Shown here: positions 36,734 to 48,600 of the stretch, piece after piece
Numbering within the stretch: the first letter of the stretch is position 1
How the letters are laid out: each line of letters starts with the position of its first letter
From: Utricularia gibba
Lineage: Eukaryota > Plantae > Magnoliophyta
DNA: 64,000 nucleotides
Assembly (NCBI GenBank): GCA_002189035.1
Contig: NEEC01000007.1
Span: 3,640,654-3,704,653 of the forward strand
Direction: 5' to 3'
Program-made: the position numbers and the translations under genes
The notes under the pieces: generated by a model
Databases searched by the model: none
Seen by the model: only the letters and a program-made list of their open reading frames with translations
Told to the model about the DNA's origin: nothing

Positions 36734-37969
36734 GCAGTTATTGAAGTTAGGATTCATGAGCACCCAAAATGGTTTTCTCAACCGCATGCTTTATTTGATA
36801 AGGCACTCTCGTGGGGCAACGGTATCGAGCAGGAGGTCGAGTCGAGCTCGGGCCCAGAGTCATTTGTAGCCCGGCAAAAAAATTGATGCATTTATTAACG
36901 TTGGTTTATTAGGCTGCCTACATGTTTCTCAAGGAAAAGCTTGTCGTTTCTGGGCGGGTGATGTCTTTTGGAACTTCGTTCTGACCAAGGTTCGGTCTGA
37001 CTCCTTTGCCACATCGGGTCCTACTCGACGAAAATCGTGATGCAGTTATTGAAGTTAGGATTCATGAGCACCAAAATGGTTTTCTCAACCGCATGCTTTA
37101 TATTTGATAAGGCACTCTCGTGGGGCAACGGTATCGAGCAGGAGGTCGAGTCGAGCTCGGCCCAGAGTCATTTGTAGCCCGGCAAAAAAATTGATGCATT
37201 TATTAACGTTGGCTTTATTAGGCTGCCTACATAGTTTCTCAAGGAAAAGCTTGTCGTTTCTGGGCGGGTGATGTCTTTTGGAACTTCGTTCTGACCATAG
37301 GTTCGGTCTGACTCCTTTGCCACATCGGGTCCTACTCGACGAAAATCGTGATGCAGTTATTGAAGTTAGGATTCATGAGCACCCAAAATGGTTTTCTCAA
37401 CCGCATGCTTTATATTTGATAAGGCACTCTCGTGGGGCAACGGTATCGAGCAGGAGGTCGAGTCGAGCTCGGGCCCAGAGTCATTTGTAGCCGGCAAAAA
37501 AATTGATGCATTTATTAACGTTGGTTTATTAGGCTGCCTACATAGTTTCTCAAGGAAAAGCTTGTCGTTTTGGGCGGGTGATGTCTTTTGGAACTTCGTT
37601 CTGACCAAGGTTCGGTCTGACTCCTTTGCCACATCGGGTCCTACTCGACGAAAATCGTGATGCAGTTATTGAAGTTAGGATTCATGAGCACCCAAAATGG
37701 TTTTCTCAACCGCATGCTTTATATTTGATAAGGCCTCTCGTGGGGCAACGGTATCGAGCAGGAGGTCGAGTCGAGCTCGGGCCCAGAGTCATTTGTAGCC
37801 CGGCAAAAAAATTGATGCATTTATTAACGTTGGTTTATTAGGCTGCCTACATGTTTCTCAAGGAAAAGCTTGTCGTTTCTGGGCGGGTGATGTCTTTTGG
37901 AACTTCGTTCTGACAAGGTTCGGTCTGACTCCTTTGCCACATCGGGTCCTACTCGACGAAAATCGTGAT
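36734..37969 (+). repeat. Run of four consecutive class C monomers
   Basis: Units starting 36734, 37042, 37353 and 37662 all have GGATTCATG, GAGCAGG, CCCAGAG and TTTATTAGG; no A or B diagnostics. Confidence 0.8.
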
Positions 37970-40900
37970 GCAGTTATTGAAGTTAGGATTCATGAGCACC
38001 CAAAATGGTTTTCTCAACCGCATGCTTTATATTTGATAAGGCACTCTCGTGGGGCAACGGTATCGAGCAGGAGGTCGAGTCGAGCTCGGGCCCATAGTCA
38101 TTTGTAGCTCGGCAAAAAATTGATGCATTTATTAACGTTGGTTTTAATAGGCTGCCTCAATGGTTTCTCAAGGAAAAGCTTGTCGTTTTTGGCGGGTGAT
38201 GTCGTTGTGAACTTCGTTCTGACCCAAGGTTCGGTCTGACTCCTTTGCCAATCGGTCCTACTCGACGAAAATCGTGATGCAGTTATTGAAGTTAGGATTT
38301 CATGAGCACCCAAAATGCTTTTTCAACGCATGCTTTGTATTTGAGGAGGCGCTCTAGTGGGGCACGGTATCGGGCAGGTCGAGTCGGGCTCGCTCCCAGA
38401 GTCATTTTTAGCCGGCAAAAAAATTGATGCATTTATTAACGTTGGGTTTTAATAGGCTGCCTACATGGTTTCTCAAGGAAAAGCTTGTCGTTTCTGGGCG
38501 GTGATGTCTTTTGGAACTTCGTTCTGACCATAGGTTCGGTCTGACTCCTTTGCCACATCGGGTCCTACTCGACGAAAATCGTGATGCAGTTATTGAAGTT
38601 AGGATTTCATGAGCACCCAAAATGGTTTTCTCAACCGCATGCTTTATATTTGATAAGGTGCTCTCGTGGGGCAACGGTATCGAGTAGGAGGTCGAGTCGA
38701 GCTCGGGCCCATAGTCATTTGTAGCTCGGCAAAAAACTTGATGCATTTATTAACGTTGGTTTTAATAGGCTGCCTCAATGGTTTTCTCAAGGAAAAGCTT
38801 GTCGTTTTTGGGCGGTGATGTCGTTGTGAACTTCGTTCTGACCCAAGGTTCGGTCTGTCTCCTTTGCCACATCGGTCCTACTCGACGAAAATCGTGATGC
38901 AGTTATTGAAGTTAGGATTTCATGAGCACCCAAAATGGTTTTAACGCATGCTTTGTATTGAGGAGGCGCTCTAGTGGGGCACGGTATCGGGCAAGGTCGA
39001 GTCGGCTCGCTCCCAGAGTCATTTTAGCCAAAAAAATTGATGCATTTATTAACGTTGGGTTTTAATAGGCTGCCTACATGGTTCTCAAGGAAAAGCTTGT
39101 CGTTTCTGGGCGGGTGATGTCTTTGGAACTTCGTTCTGACCATAGGTTCGGTCTGACTCCTTTGCCACATCGGGTCCTACTCGACGAAAATCGTGATGCA
39201 GTTATTGAAGTTAGGATTTCATGAGCACCCAAAATGGTTTTCTCAACCGCATGCTTTATATTTGATAAGGTGCTCTCGTGGGGCAACGGTATCGAGTAGG
39301 AGGTCGAGTCGAGCTCGGGCCCATAGTCATTTGTAGCTCGGCAAAAAACTTGATGCATTTATTAACGGTTGGTTTTAATAGGCTGCCTCAAGTTTTCTCA
39401 AGGAAAAGCTTGTCGTTTTTGGGCGGGTGATGTCGTTGTGAACTTCGTTCTGACCCAAGGTTCGGTCTGACTCCTTTGCCAATCGGTCCTACTCGACGAA
39501 AATCGTGATGCAGTTATTGAAGTTAGGATTTCATGAGCACCCAAAATGGTTTTTCAACGCATGCTTTATATTTGAGGAGGCGCTCTAGTGGGGCACGGTA
39601 TCGGCAAAGGTCGAGTCGAGCTCGGCCCAGAGTCATTTGTAGCCCGGCAAAAAAATTGATGCATTTATTAACGTTGGTTTAATAGGCTGCCTACATGTTT
39701 CTCAAGGAAAAGCTTGTCGTTTCTGGGCGGGTGATGTCGTTTGGAACTTCGTTCTGACCATAGGTTCGGTCTGACTCCTTTGCCACATCGGGTCCTACTC
39801 GACGAAAATCGTGATGCAGTTATTGAAGTTAGGATTCATGAGCACCCAAAATGGTTTTCTCAACCGCATGCTTTATATTTGATAAGGCACTCTCGTGGGG
39901 CAACGGTATCGAGCAGGAGGTCGAGTCGAGCTCGGGCCCAGAGTCATTTGTAGCTCGGCAAAAAAATTGATGCATTTATTAACGTTGGTTTTAATAGGCT
40001 GCCTCAATGGTTTCTCAAGGAAAAGCTTGTCGTTTTTGGCGGGTGATGTCGTTGGAACTTCGTTCTGACCCAAGGTTCGGTCTGACTCCTTTGCCAAATC
40101 TGGTCCTACTCGACGAAAATCGTGATGCAGTTATTGAAGTTAGGATTTCATGAGCACCCAAAATGGTTTTCAACCGCATGCTTTATATTTGAGGAGGCGC
40201 TCTCGTGGGGCAACGGTATCGAGCAGGAGGTCGAGTCGAGCTCGGGCCCAGAGTCATTTGTAGCCCGGCAAAAAATTGATGCATTTATTAACGTTGGGTT
40301 TTAATAGGCTGCCTACATGGTTTCTCAAGGAAAAGCTTGTCGTTTCTGGGCGGGTGATGTCTTTTGGAACTTCGTTCTGACCATAGGTTCGGTCTGACTC
40401 CTTTGCACATCGGGTCCTACTCGACGAAAATCGTGATGCAGTTATTGAAGTTAGGATTTCATGAGCACCCAAAATGGTTTTCTCAACCGCATGCTTATTT
40501 GATAAGGCACTCTCGTGGGGCAACGGTATCGAGCAGGAGGTCGAGTCGAGCTCGGGCCCAGAGTCATTTGTAGCCGGCAAAAAAATTGATGCATTTATTA
40601 ACGTTCGGTTTTTAGGCTGCCTACATAGTTTCTCAAGGAAAAGCTTGTCGTTTCTGGGCGGTGATGTCTTTGGAACTTCGTTCTGACCATAGGTTCGGTC
40701 TGACTCCTTTGCCACATCGGGTCCTACTCGACGAAAATCGTGATGCAGTTATTGAAGTTAGGATTCATGAGCACCCAAAATGGTTTTCTCAACCGCATGC
40801 TTTTATATTTGATAAGGTGCTCTCGTGGGGCAACGGTATCGAGCAGGAGGTCGAGTCGAGCTCGGCCCATAGTCATTTGTAGCTCGGCAAAAAAATTGAT

Positions 40901-41057
40901 GCATTTATTAACGTTGGTTTTAATAGGCTGCCTACATGGTTTTCTCAAGGAAAAGCTTGTCGTTTTTGGGCGGGTGATGTCTTTGGAACTTCGTTCTGAC
41001 CATAGGTTCGGTCTGACTCCTTTGCCACATCGGGTCCTACTCGACGAAAATCGTGAT

Positions 41058-42604
41058 GCAGTTATTGAAGTTAGGATTCATGAGCACCAAAATGGTTTTC
41101 TCAACCGCATGCTTTATATTTGATAAGGCACTCTCGTGGGGCAACGGTATCGAGCAGGAGGTCGAGTCGAGCTCGGGCCCAGAGTCATTTGTAGCCCGGC
41201 AAAAAATTGATGCATTTATTAACGTTGGCTTTATTAGGCTGCCTACATGTTTCTCAAGGAAAAGCTTGTCGTTTCTGGGGCGGGTGATGTCTTTTGGAAC
41301 TTCGTTCTGACCATAGGTTCGGTCTGACTCCTTTGCCACATCGGGTCCTACTCGACGAAAATCGTGATGCAGTTATTGAAGTTAGGATATCATGAGCACC
41401 CAAAATGGGTTTTCTCAACCGCATGCTTTATATTTGATAAGGCACTCTCGTGGGGCAACGGTATCGAGCAGGAGGTCGAGTCGAGCTCGGGCCCAGAGTC
41501 ATTTGTAGCCGGCAAAAAATTGATGCATTTATTAACGTTGGTTTATTAGGCTGCCTAATAGTTTCTCAGGAAAAGCTTGTCGTTTTGGGCGGGTGATGTC
41601 TTTGGAACTTCGTTCTGACCAAGGTTCGGTCTGACTCCTTTGCCACATCGGGTCCTACTCGACGAAAATCGTGATGCAGTTATTGAAGTTAGGATTCATG
41701 AGCACCCAAAATGGTTTTCTCAACCGCATGCTTTTATTTGATAAGGCACTCTCGTGGGGCAACGGTATCGAGCAGGAGGTCGAGTCGAGCTCGGGCCCAG
41801 AGTCATTTGTAGCCCGGCAAAAATTGATGCATTTATTAACGTTGGTTTATTAGGCTGCCTACATGTTTTCTCAAGGAAAAGCTTGTCGTTTCTGGGCGGG
41901 TGATGTCTTTTGGAACTTCGTTCTGACCATAGGTTCGGTCTGACTCCTTTGCCACATCGGGTCCTACTCGACGAAAATCGTGATGCAGTTATTGAAGTTA
42001 GGATTCATGAGCACCCAAAATGGTTTTCTCAACCGCATGCTTTATATTTGATAAGGCACTCTCGTGGGGCAACGGTATCGAGCAGGAGGTCGAGTCGAGC
42101 TCGGCCCAGAGTCATTTGTAGCCCGGCAAAAAATTGATGCATTTATTAACGTTCGGCTTTTATTAGGCTGCCTACATGTTTCTCAAGGAAAAGCTTGTCG
42201 TTTCTGGGCGGGTGATGTCTTTTGGAACTTCGTTCTGACCAAGGTTCGGTCTGACTCCTTTGCCACATCGGGTCCTACTCGACGAAAATCGTGATGCAGT
42301 TATTGAAGTTAGGATTCATGAGCACCCAAAATGGTTTTCTCAACCGCATGCTTTATATTTGATAAGGCACTCTCGTGGGGCAACGGTATCGAGCAGGAGG
42401 TCGAGTCGAGCTCGGGCCAGAGTCATTGTAGCCCGGCAAAAAATTGATGCATTTATTAACGTTCGGCTTTATTAGGCTGCCTACATAGTTTCTCAAGGAA
42501 AAGCTTGTCGTTTCTGGCGGGTGATGTCGTTGGGAACTTCGTTCGGACCCAAGGTTCGTCTGACTCCTTTGCCACATCGGGTCCTACTCGACGAAAATCG
42601 TGAT
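41058..42604 (+). repeat. Second run of class C/C' monomers (five units)
   Basis: Units starting 41058, 41369, 41676, 41985 and 42296 all have AAGGCACTCTCG, GAGCAGG and TTTATTAGG. Confidence 0.8.
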
Positions 42605-42868
42605 GCAGTTATTGAAGTTAGGATTTCATGAGCACCCAAAGGCATGCTTCGCTCTAGTGGGCACGGTATCGAGCAGGTCGAGTCGGGCTCGCCCAGAGTC
42701 ATTTGTAGCCGGCAAAAAATTGATGCATTTATTAACGTTGGATTAGGCTGCCTAGTTTCTCAAGGAAAAGCTTCGTTTCTGGGCGGGTGATGTCGTTGGA
42801 ACTTCGTTCTGACCCAAGGTTCTGTGACTCCTTTGCCACATCGGGTCCTACTCGACGAAAATCGTGAT
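42605..42868 (+). repeat. Shortened 264-bp unit with multiple dispersed deletions
   Basis: Anchors at 42605 and 42869. Reads GAGCACCCAAAGGCATGCTTCGCTCTAGTGG, lacking two ~14-bp blocks, plus smaller deletions (GCCTAGTTT, AAGCTTCGTT). Confidence 0.85.
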
Positions 42869-45628
42869 GCAGTTATTGAAGTTAGGATTCATGAGCACCC
42901 AAAATGGTTTTCTCAACCGCATGCTTTATATTTGATAAGGCGCTCTCGTGGGGCAACGGTATCGAGTAGGAGGTCGAGTCGAGCTCGGGCCCATAGTCAT
43001 TTGTAGCTCGGCAAAAAACTTGATGCATTTATTAACGTTGGGTTTTAATAGGCCTACATGTTTTCTCAAGGAAAAGCTTGTCGTTTCTGGCGGGTGATGT
43101 CGTTGGAACTTCGTTCTGACCCAAGGTTCGTCTGACTCCTTTGCCACATCGGGTCCTACTCGACGAAAATCGTGATGCAGTTATTGAAGTTAGGATTCAT
43201 GAGCACCCAAAATGGTTTTCTCAACCGCATGCTTTATATTTGATAAGGGCTCTCGTGGGGCAACGGTATCGAGCAGGAGGTCGAGTCGAGCTCGGGCCCA
43301 GAGTCATTTGTAGCCCGGCAAAAATTGATGCATTTATTAACGTTCGATTAGGCTGCCTACATAGTTTCTCAAGGAAAAGCTTGTCGTTTCTGGCGGGTGA
43401 TGTCGTTGGGAACTTCGTTCGACCCAAGGTTCGACTGACTCCTTTGCCACATCGGGTCCTACTCGACGAAAATCGTGATGCAGTTATTGAAGTTAGGATT
43501 CATGAGCACCCAAAATGGTTTTCTCAACCGCATGCTTTATATTTGAGGAGGCGCTCTCGTGGGGCAACGGTATCGAGTAGGAGGTCGAGTCGAGCTCGGG
43601 CCCATAGTCATTTGTAGCTCGGCAAAAAACTTGATGCATTTATTAACGTTGGGTTTTAATAGGCTGCCTACATGTTTCTCAAGGAAAAGCTTGTCGTTTG
43701 GCGGGTGATGTCGTTGGGAACTTCGTTCTGACCCAAGGTTCGGTCTGACTCCTTTGCCACATCGGTCCTACTCGACGAAAATCGTGATGCAGTTATTGAA
43801 GTTAGGATTTCATGAGCACCCAAAATGGTTTTCTCAACCGCATGCTTTATATTTGATAAGGCACTCTCGTGGGGCAACGGTATCGAGCAGGAGGTCGAGT
43901 CGAGCTCGGGCCCAGAGTCATTTGTAGCCCGGCAAAAAAATTGATGCATTTATTAACGTTGGTTTTAGGCTGCCTACATAGTTTTCTCAAGGAAAAGCTT
44001 GTCGTTTCTGGCGGGTGATGTCGTTGGGAACTTCGTTCTGACCAAGGTTCACTGACTCCTTTGCCACATCGGGTCCTACTCGACGAAAATCGTGATGCAG
44101 TTATTGAAGTTAGGATTCATGAGCACCCAAAATGGTTTTCTCAACCGCATGCTTTATATTTGATAGGCGCTCTCGTGGGGCAACGGTATCGAGTAGGAGG
44201 TCGAGTCGAGCTCGGGCCCATAGTCATTTGTAGCTCGGCAAAAAACTTGATGCATTTATTAACGTTGGGTTTTAATAGGCTGCCTACATGTTTTCTCAAG
44301 GAAAAGCTTGTCGTTTTGGGCGGGTGATGTCGTTGGAACTTCGTTCTGACCAAGGTTCGGTCTGACTCCTTTGCCACATCGGGTCCTACTCGACGAAAAT
44401 CGTGATGCAGTTATTGAAGTTAGGATTTCATGAGCACCCAAAATGGTTTTCTCAACGCATGCTTTCGGAGGCGCTCTCGTGGGGCAACGGTATCGGGCAA
44501 AGGTCGAGTCGAGCTCGGCCAGAGTCATTTGTAGCCCGGCAAAAAATTGATGCATTTATTAACGTTGGTTTTAGGGCTGCCTACATGTTTTCTCAAGGAA
44601 AAGCTTGTCGTTTCTGGGCGGGTGATGTCGTTGGAACTTCGTTCTGACCCAGGTTCGTCTGACTCCTTTGCCAATCGGGTCCTACTCGACGAAAATCGTG
44701 ATGCAGTTATTGAAGTTAGGATTCATGAGCACCCAAAATGGTTTTCTCAACCGCATGCTTTATATTTGAGGAGGCGCTCTCGTGGGGCAACGGTATCGAG
44801 CAGGAGGTCGAGTCGAGCTCGGGCCCATAGTCATTTGTAGCCGGCAAAAAAATGATGCATTTATTAACGTTGGGTTTATAGGCTGCCTACATGTTTTCTC
44901 AAGGAAAAGCTTGTCGTTTCTGGCGGGTGATGTCGTTGGAACTTCGTTCTGACCCAAGGTTCGGTCTGACTCCTTTGCCACATCGGGTCCTACTCGACGA
45001 AAATCGTGATGCAGTTATTGAAGTTAGGATTCATGAGCACCCAAAATGGTTTTCTCAACCGCATGCTTTATATTTGATAAGGCGCTCTCGTGGGGCAACG
45101 GTATCGAGCAGGAGGTCGAGTCGAGCTCGGGCCCAGAGTCATTTGTAGCCCGGCAAAAATTGATGCATTTATTAACGTTCGGTTATTAGGCTGCCTACAT
45201 AGTTTCTCAAGGAAAAGCTTGTCGTTTCTGGCGGGTGATGTCGTTGGGAACTTCGTTCTGACCCAAGGTTCGGTCTGACTCCTTTGCCACATCGGGTCCT
45301 ACTCGACGAAAATCGTGATGCAGTTTTGAAGTTAGGATTCATGAGCACCCAAAATGGTTTTCTCAACCGCATGCTTTATATTTGATAGGGCTCTCGTGGG
45401 GCAACGGTATCGAGCAGGAGGTCGAGTCGAGCTCGGGCCCATAGTCATTTGTAGCTCGGCAAAAAACTTGATGCATTTATTAACGTTGGTTTAATAGGCT
45501 GCCTACATAGTTTTCTCAAGGAAAAGCTTGTCGTTTTTGGGCGGGTGATGTCGTTGTGAACTTCGTTCTGACCCAAGGTTCGGTCTGTCTCCTTTGCCAA
45601 ATCGGTCCTACTCGACGAAAATCGTGAT
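42869..45628 (+). repeat. (D-C')n alternating block, ~610-620-bp period
   Basis: D-like units (CCCATAG; TAGCTCGG..AACTTG in all but 44703) at 42869, 43480, 44097, 44703, 45320 alternate with C'-like units (CAGAG, TAGCCCGG, GTCGTTGG) at 43177, 43789, 44407, 45011. Confidence 0.7.
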
Positions 45629-48600
45629 GCAGTTATTGAAGTTAGGATTTCATGAGCACCCAAAATGGTTTTCTCAACCGCATGCTTTATATTGATAAGG
45701 CGCTCTCGTGGGGCAACGGTATCGAGCAGGAGGTCGAGTCGAGCTCGGCCCATAGTCATTTGTAGCTCGGCAAAAAACTTGATGCATTTATTAACGGTTG
45801 GTTTTAATAGGCTGCCTAATGGTTTTCTCAAGGAAAAGCTTGTCGTTTTGGCGGGTGATGTCGTTGTGAACTTCGTTCTGACCCAAGGTTCGGTCTGTCT
45901 CCTTTGCCAAATCTGGTCCTACTCGACGAAAATCGTGATGCAGTTATTGAAGTTAGGATTTCATGAGCACCCAAAATGCTTTTTCAACGCATGCTTTGTA
46001 GTTGAGGAGGCGCTCTCGTGGGGCAACGGTATCGGGCAGGTCGAGTCGGGCTCGGTCCAGAGTCATTTTTAGCCGGCAAAAAATGATGCATTTATTAACG
46101 TTGGGTTTTAATAGGCTGCTACATGGTTTCTCAAGGAAAAGCTTGTCGTTTCTGGGGGTGATGTCTTTTGAACTTCGTTCTGACCATAGGTTCGGTCTGA
46201 CTCCTTTGCCACATCGGGTCCTACTCGACGAAAATCGTGATGCAGTTATTGAAGTTAGGATTCATGAGCACCCAAAATGGTTTTCTCAACCGCATGCTTT
46301 ATATTTGATAAGGCGCTCTCGTGGGGCAACGGTATCGAGCAGGAGGTCGAGTCGAGCTCGGGCCAGAGTCATTTGTAGCGGCAAAAAATTGATGCATTTA
46401 TTAACGTTGGTTTATTAGGCTGCCTACATGGTTTCTCAAGGAAAAGCTTGTCGTTTCTGGGCGGGTGATGTCTTTTGGAACTTCGTTCTGACCCATAGGT
46501 TCGGTCTGACTCCTTTGCCACATCGGGTCCTACTCGACGAAAATCGTGATGCAGTTATTGAAGTTAGGATATCATGAGCACCCAAAATGGTTTTCTCAAC
46601 CGCATGCTTTATATTTGATAAGGCACTCTCGTGGGGCAACGGTATCGAGCAGGAGGTCGAGTCGAGCTCGGTCCCAGAGTCATTTGTAGCCCGGCAAAAA
46701 AATTGATGCATTTATTAACGTTCGGCTTTATTAGGCTGCCTACATAGTTTCTCAAGGAAAAGCTTGTCGTTTCTGGCGGGTGATGTCGTTTGGAACTTCG
46801 TTCTGACCAAGGTTCGTCTGACTCCTTTGCCACATCGGGTCCTACTCGACGAAAATCGTGATGCAGTTATTGAAGTTAGGATTTCATGAGCACCCAAAAT
46901 GGTTTTCTCAACCGCATGCTTTATATTTGATAAGGCGCTCTCGTGGGGCAACGGTATCGAGCAGGAGGTCGAGTCGAGCTCGGGCCCAGAGTCATTTGTA
47001 GCCGGCAAAAAACTTGATGCATTTATTAACGTTGGTTTAATAGGCTGCCTAATGGTTTCTCAAGGAAAAGCTTGTCGTTTCTGGGCGGGTGATGTCTTTT
47101 GGAACTTCGTTCTGACCAAGTTCGGTCTGACTCCTTTGCCATCGGGTCCTACTCGACGAAAATCGTGATGCAGTTATTGAAGTTAGGATTCATGAGCACC
47201 CAAAATGGTTTTCTCAACCGCATGCTTTATATTTGATAAGGCACTCTCGTGGGGCAACGGTATCGAGCAGGAGGTCGAGTCGAGCTCGGGCCCTAGTCAT
47301 TTGTAGCTCGGCAAAAAACTTGATGCATTTATTAACGTTGGGTTTAATAGGCTGCCTACATGTTTTCTCAAGGAAAAGCTTGTCGTTTGGGCGGGTGATG
47401 TCGTTGTGAACTTCGTTCTGACCAAGGTTCGGTCTGTCTCCTTTGCCAATCGGGTCCTACTCGACGAAAATCGTGATGCAGTTATTGAAGTTAGGATTCA
47501 TGAGCACCAAAATGGTTTTCTCAACCGCATGCTTTATATTTGATAAGGTGCTCTCGTGGGGCAACGGTATCGAGCAGGAGGTCGAGTCGAGCTCGGGCCC
47601 ATAGTCATTTGTAGCCGGCAAAAATTGATGCATTTATTAACGTTGGTTTTAATAGGCTGCCTCAATGGTTTCTCAAGGAAAGCTTGTCGTTTTTGGCGGT
47701 GATGTCGTTGTGAACTTCGTTCTGACCCAAGGTTCGGTCTGTCTCCTTTGCCACATCGGTCCTACTCGACGAAAATCGTGATGCAGTTATTGAAGTTAGG
47801 ATTCATGAGCACCCAAAATGCTTTTTTCAATCGCATGCTTTGTATTGAGGAGGCGCTCTAGTGGGGCACGGTATCGGCAAAGGTCGAGTCGGGCTCGCCC
47901 AGAGTCATTTTTAGCCGAAAAAAACTGATGCATTTATTAACGTTGGGTTTTAATAGGCTGCCTACATGGTTTCTCAAGGAAAAGCTTGTCGTTTCTGGGC
48001 GGGTGATGTCTTTTGGAACTTCGTTCTGACCAAGGTTCGGTCTGACTCCTTTGCCACATCGGTCCTACTCGACGAAAATCGTGATGCAGTTATTGAAGTT
48101 AGGATTTCATGAGCACCCAAAATGGTTTTCTCAACCGCATGCTTTATATTTGATAAGGCGCTCTCGTGGGGCAACGGTATCGAGTAGGAGGTCGAGTCGA
48201 GCTCGGGCCCATAGTCATTTGTAGCTCGGCAAAAAACTTGATGCATTTATTAACGTTGGTTTTAATAGGCTGCCTCAATGGTTTTTCAAGGAAAAGCTTG
48301 TCGTTTTTGGGCGGGTGATGTCGTTGTGAACTTCGTTCTGACCCAAGGTTCGGTCTGACTCCTTTGCCAAATCGGTCCTACTCGACGAAAATCGTGATGC
48401 AGTTATTGAAGTTAGGATTTCATGAGCACCCAAAATGGTTTTCTCAACCGCATGCTTTATATTTGATAAGGCGCTCTCGTGGGGCAACGGTATCGAGCAG
48501 GAGGTCGAGTCGAGCTCGGGCCCAGAGTCATTTGTAGCCGGCAAAAAATTGATGCATTTATTAACGTTGGTTTTTAATAGGCTGCCTACAATGTTTTTCT

